Source: Vicugna vicugna (lineage: Eukaryota). Taken from it: a DNA stretch of 64,000 nt. Below the pieces are notes generated by a model. The model saw nothing but the letters and a program-made list of their open reading frames with translations, was not told where the DNA came from and searched no databases. The stretch is taken from positions 1,423,319 through 1,487,318 of the forward strand of contig MU061579.1 of NCBI GenBank assembly GCA_013265495.1, read 5' to 3'. Positions 26,850-41,159 of this stretch are shown one piece after another. The stretch's first letter is position 1. Every line of letters starts with the position of its first letter. Made by a program: the position numbers and the translations under genes.

Positions 26850-27020
26850 TGGAGACAGCACAGGATGGTGATGAATTACGGACTTATTCTAAAGCTGGAT
26901 TGTCTGAGCCTCCTAGTTTTGTCACCCATCAGACATATGCCCTCAGCTACTTTACTTCATCTCTTTATTCCTTGTGTTCCAGATGATAGTAAGTCACTTA
27001 TATGTGTTCATTAAATGAAT
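26850..27020 (+). mobile_element. MIR fragment
   Basis: gagacagcacaggatggtgatgaa...ctggattgtctgag...ttacttcatctct resembles the MIR head; decayed. Confidence 0.4.
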
Positions 27021-27073
27021 AAAATAGAAAAAATTGGTAGTTTTGGACACTCTTATTAAGCACCCACACTTAC

Positions 27074-27169
27074 CTGACCGCTTATACTTGTTACTGAATC
27101 TGCTTCCTCCAAGTTGTCATAATGAAGCTCTGCCTCATTTTAACAGCTAAGGATCTTTTTTCCTTTCAC
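27074..27169 (-). other. Candidate 96-nt exon, non-coding (stops in all three frames)
   Basis: Minus strand ctctttgcagtttcag|GTGAAA...GGTCAG|gtaagt: good acceptor and perfect donor. Confidence 0.35.
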
Positions 27170-29878
27170 CTGAAACTGCAAAGAGTGTTTTTGTCTGAGT
27201 CTCAGAGGTGTAGATCCAAAGTAGCACACATCAAGAATAACTTCAGGCTTCCATGAGAGCCAAGATGGGAGTAAAACACACCTAGAGGACTGTATTCTCA
27301 GGCAGGTTGGTTGGTTTCTGATTTCCCTGAGGACCAAGGTACTCTGTAACGCACAGTCTTTTTGTAAGAATTGCCTGTTCCCCTCTTACCCAATTTAGAA
27401 TCAACTGGATTCCACAGGAAAGTTCTCCCATATTGTAGGATCCTTCTTTGTACATCATCGCTAAAATCTTCCCTTGAATTTTTGTTTATTTATTTTCCTG
27501 ATGAGAGTCACTATGGACCTCAGAAACGTTATTCAAAATCACCACCCCTTTAATCTTGCCCAAATCTCACCATTAGATCTGCTTTTTAATGCACCTCATA
27601 ATCATTTATCTCAATATTATTTATTGTCTCAAAGAGACTATTAAGATAGATTAGAAATAGAGTCACTAGCAGGCACACTCTTTGTCATCAAAAATTTTTC
27701 TGACAAACTTGGACACTTGAAATAGACTTGGAGCCAGGAGCAAGAACATCGCAAAGGTCTTTTCTGATAATGATGGAAAAGCAAAGATGATGGTGCAAGA
27801 ATCAGAGTCCTAAGAACATAAGCAATATGATTCATGGATCTGATCATTCTACTCCCCTCCATTGACATTAATCATTTGAACTAAGTTTAGGATAACTCCA
27901 AATTGTTATATTATTTTTCATAGTTTGTTTCAATAAAATCATGTTTTAGTTATCCAAAATAATGCCCTGCAACCAATAAATATTTATTTTACTTTAGTAG
28001 TTAAATGAGAATACAATACTAGTTAAGGTCTAATTTTAACAGAAACATACAGAAAATAAAATATTTTTTTATTTTAAAAATGTAACTACAATGTAAATTT
28101 TACCTTCCCTGTATGGTCAAGTAATAATTTTTATATTATGATGATGCTATGAGCTGAAGTCAGTCTATCTCTTAAGTGTAGAATTTGTAAAAACATTTCA
28201 GACTCTCCAAATGTTATAAAATTGTTACTGTATTATAGAAGAAAGAATTAATTAACTTTGCATTTTCTTAACTGCAGTGAAGTTATTCAGACCCATTAGG
28301 TAAAGTCAGGAAGAAAGATTAAATGTACTATTAAGGCTATAAAGGAAATGTGCTAATGTTGATATCTGTCCTTCACAAGAGGCAAATCACATGATTTTGA
28401 AAATATAGTGACAATTTGTTTCGGGATCAGTGAAGCTAAACCCAGTTTCCTGGATAGGATCCAGACTAGATCATTACATCCTTTCTCCTTATGTCCTTAT
28501 AGAAATTGAGTAGTATTATATCTCATCTATTTGTCCTATTTTTTTCCTATTTTCTATTCATCTGGTGATCAAATTTAAGAAGATTCTGTTAACCTTTAGT
28601 TCATCCTGGTTTTCTTTTGTGTAGCTAGGGATTTATCTAGTCAAAAGGGGTTATAGCAGTAATATTATTATGCATTTTTTATAGCCTAAGGTTTTGCAAA
28701 CTAAATGAGCAAACAGAGAAGCAAAGAAGAAGTATTTTTGATGGCCAAGGCAACAATAAAACTTGATCTCTAAGAAATTTTTTATCCAGCATGTACTTTT
28801 TTAACAATAGTAGACACAGGAAGAAATTGTATTAGGAAAGAACTGAGAATGCAACTCAAGATAAACAATTCAAACTTTATAATTGGCTGTCAGTCATGTC
28901 ATGCATTACCCTAGAATAAGTCCATTGACTTATTTTTATTATTTGTATAATGATAGGAAGATGGTACACCAGGCAGTGAATTCTGAAGTCATTATTGCAA
29001 TTCTGGTAAGAAACAGTAACCTTTTCTTCTGACTTCTGCTTCACAGCTTCACCAGAGGCGTGCTCTAATCATCTGGACATGCATCACCTACGGTCTTACT
29101 ACTGCGTAAAATAATAGGAAGTAACAACTGAACAATCTGATGAGCTAATTAGAGTTCTGAGGGGCTCAGCTAATATTTACAATCCCCTTGTCACTTGGAT
29201 CACACTTGCCTCTAGGCCCTAAGGTTGAAGATTCACATCTTACAAACTTACATTGATTCAGATCTTGTTTACTGTCATAGTGACAGTTCAACCTGTTCTG
29301 CGTCATTTAGAATCATTTTTTTTTGCATACAAATGTTTTACAATTTCAAATAAAAATAGAACATAAATTCAAGTATGCTAATAACAATGCCAATCCCCAG
29401 GCCAACTTTTTTTTTTGCTAAATTATGTACAATATGTTAAAAATGATTCACTTTGCTGTTAGAGCCGGCACGTAGAACATGTTTGGCACTTAAATCTTAC
29501 TACCAACTCATTGAAATTTGTTGTATTTCTCCAATTTAAAATAGATAATCTGTAAGGTATTACTAACATGTTGGTAAAATGATTATAACAAGTATTCAAA
29601 ATCTGACATTTTCAATGAGAGTATTAATGCCAGGAGGTAATGAAAGGAGAGAGATGAGTCAGTCCCCAGTTCCTGTGTGTGTTCATTACCTTCTTTTAAT
29701 TATCTGTTTCCTCCCTTGGCTCTTACTACCATCATGGACTATGGGGAAAAAAAAAAGAAAAAAGGTATCTACAGAATAGGGCTACAATATTTACTGACAT
29801 TCATTGCAACCTGAAATACAACTTCTCTGTTAGTACATACTTCTCCAAGCTTTGGTGGGAAATGAAAGCTGTGGGTGA

Positions 29879-30347
29879 TGAAGCAGGGGAGCCGAATACG
29901 TCAGCCCAAATGAGCCACTTTGGCATGTGGATTGTTTTGAACTGGAGACAATCAGGGATAACAGATTCAAGAAGAACTTTTTTGTTTTCCCCTTAACTGT
30001 CTAAAAGAATTTGAATAGGAGGCTGTACCAGGAAAAGAACTATTACCAGAGATAACTTCTTATACCAGAAAGACTTATCTGTGTGGCATGGCAAACATTT
30101 GCACTTCTCATCTTCCTGTGACTTATCTTCCTCCCTTTTCAGCCCTGGTCCCCTATCCTAGCCCGTTCTCCTTAGCTCAGGATGCTGTCTAAACTCCAAT
30201 TACCTGACTACTGGAGAGTCTCCTTTTTTTATGCCCCCTCCATGCATACATTTTGTTTTTCTCCTACTAATCTGACTTATGTCAATTTAATTATAAGACC
30301 AGCTACAGACCCCGCAAATGAAGAAGAGAACATTTTCCACCTCTACA
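29879..30347 (+). mobile_element. ERV1-class solo LTR (MER34-like)
   Basis: TG...CA ends; gccactttggcatgtggattgttttgaactg near the start; ttttctcctactaatctg...gtcaatttaatt...ttttccacctctaca at the end; flanks gtga/gtca form a 3/4 TSD. Confidence 0.75.
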
Positions 30348-30699
30348 GTCACTTAGGGAGGGAACCAAACTGAATACAAGATTATCTGAAATCTCTTCCT
30401 TTTCTTATCTACATTCACCACTTCCCATTTCTTCTTTACATTCCTATCAATTTGTACCTAGATTTTAGGAAAGCTTTCTAGAAATACCCCCTTTCTTATT
30501 CAGCCAGCCAGCTTAAAAAGTAAGAAAAAGTAAAAAAAAAAAATGATCAATGCATATTTATGTTCATTACCTGCCTTTACTTTTTCATTTTAATATCCTA
30601 CATATGTTTTTAGTGCTAAGTAATACTCTGTTTCTCTCTTTCTACCTTCTCCTCTCCACTTGTTATACAATCCGTGGGGCCCTGAATAAAAACTATGGT

Positions 30700-30860
30700 C
30701 TCTGACTCAAGCATGTCTTGGTGTAATGCTGGTTTCCTACCTCTGACTTCTTGGAAAGCTTCAGATTCCTTTAAAACAAAAATTGTAATAGTACCTACCT
30801 TACGACGATGTTCTGAGGATTAAATAAAACAGTGCATGTTCAGCATGGCTTAACCTCTCC
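30700..30860 (+). mobile_element. MIR fragment
   Basis: taatagtacctacctta...gttctgaggattaaata is the MIR core 3' part. Confidence 0.6.
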
Positions 30861-31721
30861 CTAGGGTAAGCATCGTATAATGACTATGTACATAGCTTAT
30901 AGTTATAATTGAGAACAACTGTGTGTTGATATTGAGTTCCTTAATGAAGATCATAAATGTCCTAAATGATTGTGCTGAAATTAAATTAAGATAGTGAGGT
31001 TAAATTTTAAAATTTATTGTTTATTATGACTTCACTACTTTAAAACTGTTACATAAAATTATAGAATTGATACTACAAAAATAAGCATCAGATGGCTAAA
31101 AAACAAGTATTTGACTCTTGCATTTGAACACTTTACAATTTAGTGATGAACTGACTTTTCAAATAAACATTTACACATACATGACCAGATGATATTACCA
31201 ATAAAAGCAAGTACAGAGTATTAATTATCTACCTTTTATTTGACAGTAGGTCTTGAACAAGAGGACTAATTCCTTGAATGGTGCCACTCAGGTCACAATA
31301 GAAATGTGGATTAAGTTACTACTTTATTCAAAACTCTTTAATCAGCTATCAAGAGTGAAAAAGACAAATTAGACATCTGGCCTTCTTAGAAGTTAAGTTT
31401 ACCACACATTCTTAATTTTAATCCGTTCCATGGTCCTTGAAAAACGAATGCTCACAGAAATTGTAGACAGTCAACAAGGTGGGAAAATATGTGACCCAAA
31501 AAGCAGACTCTTTCATAGTATTATATTAATTTTTACTTTTGAACGACATAGCAGCAGACAAAACCAGTGGAGTTCACCATTAGCATCTAAAATACTACAC
31601 AGGTGTCAGACATGTGTGGTTTATTTATGTAAAACGGATGGGGAGTCTGATTAAAGAATTATTGCAACTTCCAGCTGAAAGCAATCTTGAAAATCATGAG
31701 GACCAAGCCTATCCCCCGCTA

Positions 31722-31940
31722 CAAGTATAGAACAGTGGGAAAGAGCTTAGGTTTTGGAGTCAGTCTGCAAAGGTTGAAATCCCCGCTCACACCCTTACTC
31801 TCTGAGCTTAAAAAAAGAAATCTCATTTTCAACTTTCTCATTTTAAAGTGGAGGAAGTCTCTTCTTCATAAGTGTGTTTGTCATTATTTAATACATGCAA
31901 AGAGTAAATAGTAGTGATTCACATATACTAAATATTTCAT
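31722..31940 (+). mobile_element. MIR SINE
   Basis: gtatagaacagtgggaaagagcttaggttttggagtcag...gttgaaatccc head and ctttctcattttaaagtgg core. Confidence 0.6.
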
Positions 31941-31986
31941 ACAATTCAAATATTATGAAAATGATAAAGATGGCTTCCTTTACTGA

Positions 31987-32333
31987 CAAATGTGGGAAAA
32001 ACTTTTTCTGTGAAGGAGCAGATTATTAATACTTTAGGCTTGGCAGGCCATACGATTTCCCTCCCAGCTGCTCAGATCTGCCGCTGGAGAGTGAAAGCAG
32101 CCACAGGAAAAAAAACATGTAAATGAAGAAGGATGACTGTTTGATAATAAAACTTGATTCATGAACACTGAAATTTGAATTTCATATAATTTCATATGTC
32201 ACAAAATATTATTCTCCAAATGGTATGTTTCTACCACTCGAAAATGAGAAAAAAACCCATTCTCAGACTGTGAGCTGTACAGAAGTGGAGAGTAGGCTGG
32301 ATTTGCCCCTGGACTGTCGTTCCCTGACGCTTG
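31987..32333 (+). mobile_element. MER58B-like non-autonomous hAT-Charlie DNA transposon, near full length
   Basis: aaactttttctgtgaagg...gcaggccatacg...gtgaaagcagcca...aataaaactt...cactgaaatttgaatttcatataattt...ggctggatttgccc follows the MER58B consensus in order. Confidence 0.85.
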
Positions 32334-32594
32334 TGATTTTATTTCAGCAGGCCTCTCATGCAGCTTGGGCTTGTTGGCCTTGTCTGTGCATTGGGGGTTG
32401 CAGGATCTCCTTACCTGATGCAAAGCTGTTATACTATGCTAATGAGGAAAGGTTGGAAATCTGGTCAATAGCAAACAATTGATGATGCAGCAGTAAAACG
32501 CAAAATACAACCAGAAAGTCTTTTAAACTATCTTTATTTTTTTTTCTCATTTTAAACAATCATCACGCTTGCAATTAGTAATGTTTTTCTCATT

Positions 32595-32720
32595 GGACTG
32601 AATAAAAGTTCCTCAAGGCAGGAACTCTGACTATTCTATTTACCTTGATCTCAGTATCTGTTAGAGCTACTGGTACATGAGAGGTTGTCAGCAATATTAA
32701 CTGAATAAATAAATGAAAAA
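32595..32720 (+). mobile_element. L2 3'-end fragment
   Basis: aagttcctcaaggcaggaact...aatattaactgaataaataaatgaa. Confidence 0.55.
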
Positions 32721-35479
32721 TAGATAAACATAAAATAAAGCCTATCCCATTATTTAATCCTATCTCTTCTACTTTCTCTAAGAGTATAAATTTAACTAGA
32801 TTGAAATAAATAAAAGGAAATTTGGCTTACAAGCTACTGGACCATTGCTGGAATAATCACTATCGTTCCTTCCTAGATCGTGGGTTATGCCTCTGTTGGC
32901 CATGACCTTGAGTATGTGATTCCATTATAACTTGCCTAGAATCCCATTAACCACTATTTTCACTTTCCCACTTTCCATTCTCAGACATTCCTAATTATGA
33001 TGATTATTTTAATTTTTGATCTAAGCTGATTGTTAAGTATCAGCAAATACTCTCCAATACTGACTTTTTCAATCTATTTTTAAAAATAAAAATGACCATG
33101 TGACTGCATCTGTGAAATCTGACAGGTTATCCATTAAACAAATTTAATAGGCAATATATAGTTTTTTGGAGATATTTTAGCAAGAAAATTAACAGGTTGA
33201 ATTGTTACCATTTTAAAAATCCTTCCTCTTTTTTCCCCTCCTCTTCCTATTTTCCAAGTCTCTGACTGATATCTTGACTTATTTGTTCTACACTTTTTAG
33301 CACTTGTTTTCTAAAGATTCAAGATTAAGTTTATATACTTTCTACTTCTCACATTTTTCAATTTCTCTTTTCTAATAGATCCTCTTTATTGCCTGCCTGT
33401 CTGAGATACTGTTGACAGATTCTCTCTTATTAAACCATCCATGTTCCTGAAGCCTCAGGTAACAACCACAGCAATGATCTGCTCCAAAAAATGGAAAATA
33501 AGATTTCAAACTTTTTCTTAAAGAAGACTAAGTGAGAGACATTTCTTTTCATCTGTAGTCCACAGAATCATCTTGCATTTTCCCATAGATATACAACAGC
33601 AAAGTGATTTGGAGCGTCCACCAATGTATTCCCCAGAGCTCCTTATAGAAACAGTAAAGAGCTTTGAGGGTGTGAGATCACTTCCCACATCTTTTTAACT
33701 TCCTTACTTTTCCCACTAGATTCATCATTCTTATCTAAGAAGGAAGGAAGATTCTCATTTTCCATGCTTTCACTCCAGCACAGTGTTCTCAAGGGAGTAA
33801 TATGTGGGAATATGGGCTCCAGAGTGCCTTTAAATTTTCTAGCAAGTGCAATCCAGTACACCCACTGGAAGGCACACCATATTCTGCTACACTAGAGGTT
33901 TGGTGGCTGGCATCTTGCCATTTGCTTAACGTACTAGGCAGTACAAGATAATTTATTTCAGGTCATTTGTTATTCTTAGGTAATATGCTTCGACCATTTT
34001 GCCTTCAGTTGCAAAGACCCTATTATATTTAAATCTTGGATTGTGTACATTTGAACCTGATGAACTTTAGACTAAATTACTCTTTAATCAACATACCAAT
34101 TTCAAGACTTGACGTTTAATGACATTATGATGCCCATTAGTACGGTATCACTACAAAAGCACTCTTACGAATACACTTATTGTATATATTATCCAATGTT
34201 TGAATCAGTGTCATAGGTCAAGGGTTGAAAATGAAGTTATAACTGTAGAATATTAGCATGAAAAGATAAAACTGATGACCAAATAAAGTCACTATAATTA
34301 CAAGGAGCAAAAAAGATGTGATTTACACTTCATTTTACATAGTAAATGGAGGGAAATGACTTTTTTATTTCAAAGGGTTCATATTCAATGAAACCCTTTA
34401 AATGATATGTACTTCAACTTTTATAATTAATCTATATGAATCATTTCAAATGAATGATTTAATTAATCATTTGAAAGTATTCTACTGTCTCAACTCAATG
34501 GTGTGGTTAAAATTAACTAAATGAATTTTTCCCAAACTCATTCTCAGGGAGCATACATTCTCAGTGCACAGATTTAGTTGACTATTCTGTCATCCAAGTC
34601 CAGTTGCCAGTCTTCATAATCTTTATACATGGGGTGATAGAATGGTTGCATTCTCCAATTTGCCTTTGTGTCTCATGTGTCCTCTTGGGTTGGCATCCTT
34701 TCTCAGTTCTAACTGTTGTCTGTCTCTCCTTTTCTCTCTCTGACACACATACACACACAATTTACTGCTGTCACCTCTTCATCATTTCTTTCCAATTTGC
34801 ATAATTTACTATTCATCTGACAACAAAGGTCTATTGTTGAAAAGCAATAGTAAGGAGGAAAAGAAGTACTGTTTGTTATCACATACTAATTTGATTTCTT
34901 TAACGGCTTTGATGCCAAAAGTGCCTTAAAATGATCAGTAGGCCTAATAATTATTTAGCCATAATTATGGCCCTTTATGTGAAAGCTGAGGAGATGATTC
35001 ACAGAATGAAATAAGACTAAACTAGTGTAAAACCACAGGTGACATGGTTTTATACTATAAGAAAATGAAAAGGCAGAATCAATGTTTTATGTTTCCAAAA
35101 CAAGTAACCAAAAAAAAAAAAAGAAAAAAAGTCACTATATTTTTTCTTAATCAGAATTGAACAAATCTATGTAATATGCCATGAAATGCAGTTATTGTTT
35201 CATTTATAATTATTCTAGTAGGTAATTAATCTCCAATTACATCATCAAAATATCCACTCCTTAAAAAAATTCATTGAATCGCCTTCATTGCTAACATACT
35301 CAGTTGCTATAAATCACCTCATATTTTGTTGTTTTTATTTCTCAGCAGTTTGAAAAATTTCTTCATTTTTTTGTTGCTGAAACCAACCCAGAACAGCACA
35401 CAAAAACCCCCATTTAAGTATCTGTTTTGTACTCAGCTCACCTGTAGAGATGTGTAGCTACAATATTATACGCAGAATT

Positions 35480-35984
35480 TTGGTGCTTTACATCAGTCTC
35501 TACTTTCTGGTCACAGAAATTAATTTGAACAAAACAAAGATGCCAGTTTACTAAGACAAGCCAGAAATCTTTCAAGGAGTTCTCAAAGCCCAGCCAGGAC
35601 TAGGAGAAGACTGGAGCAGGGAACTAGAAGGCTGATTGGAAACCCGGATGTGCTATTCTGCCTCTTTGCTTCTGCTTCTCTCGTCATGTGCTCATTCTCT
35701 CTTTCTGAAAACCGTTGCTCTCTGCTTTACTGCTTAGTTGTCTCTCTTGGACTCTTTCCTCCATCACTTTTTGGTCAAATACCTGGATAGCAAGTGCTGA
35801 TTACTCCAACTTGGACTAGGTCACCATCTGTAGCCCAGTCAATTGTGAAGGAGGAAGTGGGCCAGACTACTTTGTTCCAAATGGTTGTGGGGGACCATTA
35901 CTATTGCTAAGGGAAAAGGGGCAAAAAGAAGCATCTAAAAGAATTGGCTGAGCTCTGCAGTCAGTTCTAAAGATACCCACTACA
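35480..35984 (-). mobile_element. Old MaLR LTR (MLT1K/L-like)
   Basis: ctgattactccaacttggactaggtcaccatctgtagcccagtcaattgtg and terminal cccactaca resemble antisense MLT1K/L. Confidence 0.5.
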
Positions 35985-36501
35985 CATGACATGTGTTTCA
36001 CTCCACCAGAGTTCTTACAATCTCAAGAGGTCCTTGAGTTAGACATTTGAATAATCAACAGTAGTAATTAGGTTTCAGGATTTTCAACTTTCAGGTAAAG
36101 AAGTCTCTAATGTACACAAGGTTACTCAATGCTTACAAATTCCTTTATTATAAGTTGTTTATATTTAGGCTATATCGCAGCAAACATCACTATGATGTAA
36201 AGTTGTTTATAGAGAAGATTAAGAAATTGATTGACATCTAAAGTTCTCTACATTCAAATGTACAAATTGAGAACAAGTGACAGAGCTTCTCTTCCATGAA
36301 AGGGAGATTATTACTTAAATTCAAGGAAAATAATTTAAGAAGTAAAAGTGTGTAAGTTGCTGTCAAATATTTATGAAGTTAAAATGGATAAAACATGAAA
36401 ATGATCACTTTTGTCAGCATATTCCACATATCCTATACAGAGAAAAGTGAGATCTAGCAAAAGTTGAGATCTTAGGCAAAGGTACTTACTGGTTTAGAAC
36501 C

Positions 36502-37100
36502 AAAAATATACATGCACCCCAGTGTTCACAGCAGCACTATTTACAGTAGCCAAGATATAGATACAACCTAAATGCCCATCAACAGATGACTGGATAAAGA
36601 AGTGATATGTTTATACAATGGAATATTACTCAGCCATTAAGAAGAATAAAATAATTCCATTTGCAGCAACACGAATGGACCTGGAGATTGTCATTCTAAG
36701 TGAAGTAAGCAAGAAAGAGAAAGAAAAATACCATATGATATCACTCATATGTAGAATCTAAAAAAAAAAAGACAAATGAACTTATTTACAAAACAGAAAC
36801 AGACACACAGACATAGAAAACACTTATGATTATGGGGCAGGGGAAGAGGGTAGGAAGGGATAAATTGAGAGTTTTAGATGATTTTTAAATATTAGCTACT
36901 ATATATAAAACAGATGAAAAAAATTTCTTCTATATAGCACAGGGAACTATATTCAATATCTTGTAGTAACCTGTAATGAAAAAGAATATGAACATGAATA
37001 TATATATGCATATGTATGACTGCAACATTATGCTGTACACCAGAAATTGACACAACATCATAAAGTGACTGTATGTCAATTTAAATAATATAATAAAAAA
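36502..37100 (+). mobile_element. 5'-truncated L1: ORF2 C-terminus, 3'UTR and A-rich tail
   Basis: Encodes TCTPVFTAALFTVAK and KCPSTDDWIKK of ORF2; 3'UTR tatatagcacagggaactatattcaatatcttgtagtaacc; ends aataaaaaa. Confidence 0.92.
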
Positions 37101-37219
37101 GAAGTAAATGAAAAGGGTGTCTACGTTTTGTAGTGAGTGGAAATGAGAAGTTTTCAGGGGAAATTATATGTAGCAGAAAAAAATTGTTCACAATTATCCA
37201 TTACCCACTCTTTCATTTA

Positions 37220-37585
37220 GTTTTAGTTCCCCTCTGAGATTTAGCTGTCCATATGGCTGCTGGGCTAGAAAAACATATCCCATATTCTTTTGCAAGCTGG
37301 TAAAGTCATATTTTGGTTTAAGCAACGTGAGCGGAAATGAAACATGCAATTTGTCAATTGCCCGCTACTTTGAATCCCCTCTTCCTGATATCAGGGTTAT
37401 GATGAGATTGGAAGCAGCTGGTTTGGACCTAGAAACGTAAAACCCAGGACTAAGGATAACAACTCTGATAACTCTCTTCTGCTTAATTCTGGGCTGTTTC
37501 TTGCCAGAGAACTGTTCTTCAGCTCTATTCAAGTCATCACATGTTAATCACTATTCATGAAACCAAAACATAACATTTAACTAAC
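37220..37585 (+). mobile_element. Old ERVL/MaLR-type LTR fragment
   Basis: atatcccatattcttttgcaagctgg...gtgagcggaaatgaaacatgcaatt resembles MLT1/LTR33-type LTR interiors. Confidence 0.4.
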
Positions 37586-39347
37586 TTATTTAATAAAAGA
37601 GTGAGCTCAGTATCATTTAAGACTGAGGAGTAAAAGCTTTCCAGTAAAAAGCGGGGAGTATATTTTGCCTACAACAGCCATGCAGGTCCATACACATACA
37701 GTACAGCAGAAAAGAAAGTTGGACGTGATCCCCTAAAGGAAAAGCAGAAAAGTGCAAGAAAAGAGGAGAACAGGCAACGAAGCTCCTTGGATTTTAGGTG
37801 GTAGGGAGGACAGGAGCACATGGAATAGAAACATGGTGGGATTTGTTAATCTCACCATTTTGGCTCAAATATGAATTCAAGTTTCATCTTTGCATCTGCA
37901 GGCAAAAGTTCTTGTAAGACCTGAGTTTTCAAATAGTTGCTGTCATCAGCAACTGACCATTCATTGAACTTCTATCCAACACAAAGCATAAACTAGGGTA
38001 AAAGGTGTGGTGAGATGAGTTTCAAGTGAGGATTTGAGAACCAGGGCTTGACAGGGTCAAGCCTATATTCTGATATATATCAACTCTATGTTCTGAGATC
38101 CATAGTAATTCCCTTTAAATTGGTCTGGAGTTTCAGGTAAAAGTGTTGGAATCCTTACACCATAGCCTGCAGAAAACCATTGAACAGGCATGAAAGGGGA
38201 AGTGATAGTTTGTTATTGCTCAGAAGGTCTGACCAATCAATCAGTACATTTGCACTTGGGCTATTCAAGAAGTAAAGGTTGAGAGAATGCAAAGGGAGAA
38301 GAAAATGCTGTGAACAAAATCGCAAAATTGGAACAAGGGGCACATAGATATACTCTATAAATCAGAGGGACAAGTACATGAAGTCTAAAACAGAGTATTA
38401 AGGCTAAATTTCAGAATATTAGAAAACCTGTACACTAAATCTTTTATTTTAGAGGAAACTGAAAGCCAAAGATTAGAATCTACATGGTTGCAAGCACACA
38501 CTCAAACAGCATCAGATTCACTGTTAGAATTTGTGGTGACTTGATTTCCTGATCCATGATTTCTGCAGACAGGAGCATAGGTTTGCATGCATGTGTGTGT
38601 AGTGAGGAGGGAGGCATACATGTTTTAATGTCAAGAGCTTATTTGGGATAAGAAAGTTTTGGACAAGGAGAAAATATTTTATCTTATGATTTTTAGTGTA
38701 TTATTGTTTTCTATAATAATACTTTAAGAAAGTTAATATTTTTCATGTACTACAAAAATAAGCTAATATTTATAAGAATCATGTTTTTTAAGAAATAAAA
38801 TATTTAGTAAAGAAACAGGTGTGGTAAGATGAAAATATTTCCCTGGTGTTGAGTGACAGGTTGGTGTCAGTCCTAGACCAGACATACAGTTTAACTCTGT
38901 TGCTAAAATTGTGTATTTTAGTTCAGTGGCTGTTAAAACTCTCCAAAGAAAGATTGATTTTGGTTTCTAAGAATTTAAATGTATGCAATGTGCATGGCTA
39001 AAGAATGAATGGGAAGAGAGTATGCAATTTAGAATTATTGCCATGTGACTTAACCTAATTACATTTCTACTTGCTTATCTAATACATGGCTTTCAATATT
39101 TTACTATATGACCTGATATTAGCTCTGTGATAATGCTAACGTTGACCTATGTTTCTAACTACATGGCGAGACGAACTCTTCCTGCTCTCAGTAGAGGCAG
39201 CGGGATATATTTTAATGCATTTAAGTCAGAGATTTCTCCTTCTAACACAGACATGTCACATGGCTTGCCATGTACTTCTTTTACAAGACACCGCCATCTA
39301 TAAAGGCACAAACGCACAATCTAGGGAAGGTTCCAGACTATACACTT

Positions 39348-39495
39348 TCTTTTGTCTTTCCTTATTCTTTTCTTTTTCATTTTCCTTTTCCTCCTCTCTG
39401 TTCCTTCCTCCTTCCTTCCCTCTCTCCCTCCCTCCTTCTATTCCTTTCTTCCTTCCTCCCTCCTTCTTTCCTTTCTTTCTTTTTCTTTCTTTATT
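39348..39495. repeat. CT-rich low-complexity polypyrimidine tract
   Basis: About 150 bp of ttcc/ctcc/tttc units read directly. Confidence 0.9.
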
Positions 39496-41159
39496 TCAAG
39501 TCTTACACACCAAATAGGGACTGTGAACCCAGAAGGGTAATAAAAAGTGAAGCACTTTGCCTCATAATGGGACTTTTCCAGAAATTCAAGTGAACACCTA
39601 CAGAGACATCATAACCACAAGAGGGCAGCCAAGACCCAAAGGGAAAAAAAAAAAAAAAAAGACATGCAGAGTTCAAACTTTGTCCAAATAATCACTGATT
39701 TTCCTGAAAGTCATCATGAAAACAGTTTTATCCACCATTCAAAATCAAACACTTGCCCTGTGATGGACTCTAAGTTTTCTATTTTTCCCTGCCTGCTCAA
39801 CATATCAGTTTCTTAATAAAGAGATACAATAAATGGTTTGGGCAGGACCTCAGTAAGGGAATCCAGAGATGTTCCAATCTGCCAAACAACTACCTTTCTG
39901 AAAGAGTTAAATGAGTTAGATGGCAACTCACTGAGTGACTCTACCTGTCTGAAGGTTACACATTTAGAGTAAATGTCTTGTGGCCCTCACTTCATAGAGC
40001 TGTCTCTTGGAAAGATGAGACGAGGACAATTTTATTTGACTAATGTTTCTCAAAATAGAAAAAAAAAAAAGAAGAAGTTAAGTTTGTGATTGAGCTAATA
40101 GCAACAGTTCATTGAAAATAACCCCAAATGTGGAAACCATTTAAGTTGACAATATGTGAAGCATTAAGACTCACTAGAAACAATACGATCTCATTTTGTT
40201 CCGCTTTGCATACTTAAGTGTTCCCTATTGTATTCTTCCAAATACTTTCAATTCAGAACTATGAAGAGCTCCTTTGTACTCCGAAGTACCATGGCAGACA
40301 CATCTTCCAAACAAGGGTTTTTGCATGTCAGCTGCTCGGCAGGAAATAGGTTTTTCCAATAACTATTCCTTAATTGTCTAACTCATTAATGATTTTTATC
40401 ACTTAGGAAAGTGTGCCGAATCCCTCATGGAGCTCAATTACATTTCAGGAATGAAAAGCGCAATGCCTGGAAACACTGGACTCTTATAAAAAGCAAGCTT
40501 TTTTCCCTCTTTTTTATCTCTCCCACTGAGACACTTTAGAATACAGAGCCATAATGTCTCCTGTTACATGCGTCAACACATGATGTAATGCAGAAAACAG
40601 AATGACTGAGAGCAGGTGAAATGCAGTTGCTAGGTCCCGAAAAATGTTCTGAAAAGGAAAAAAAAAAAGTAGACTGCAGACTCTGAACTTAACTCTTTGT
40701 TTGTATATGAAATAAGGAAGGGATTCTTGCAAAATGGATTTTACTCCTTCTGGAGAGAAGAAAGTTATGGGTAATAAGTTATCTTTCAGCAAGCATCAGC
40801 ACAACTATAAATCTACAACATAAAAAATCAACAGAATTCATTATTGGCCATTGAATATGAGGCTTAGAAATCACCATGGAGAAGAATATCAAACCATATG
40901 CACCTGCTCTCTGTGGCATGTTTCTCCTTATTTTGTAAGCATTTTAGGCACAACAGTTGTGTCCATTATTGAATTTATCTTTACAGGAATGCTATGAGTT
41001 TGTAATAAATGTTTAATAGCAATAATCAGAAGACCCTAGAAGAAAAATCTCACTTTAATTTGAAAGCAAGAAATCTTACAAACAATAGTTTTATTATAAG
41101 ACAATGTAAATCAAAAAATATATTTAAATTGGAATACATATGGTGAGTAGAACTAGCAT

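Noticed and set aside
39149..39593. Three overlapping hydrophobic ORFs
   Set aside because: Artefact of the CT-rich low-complexity tract.
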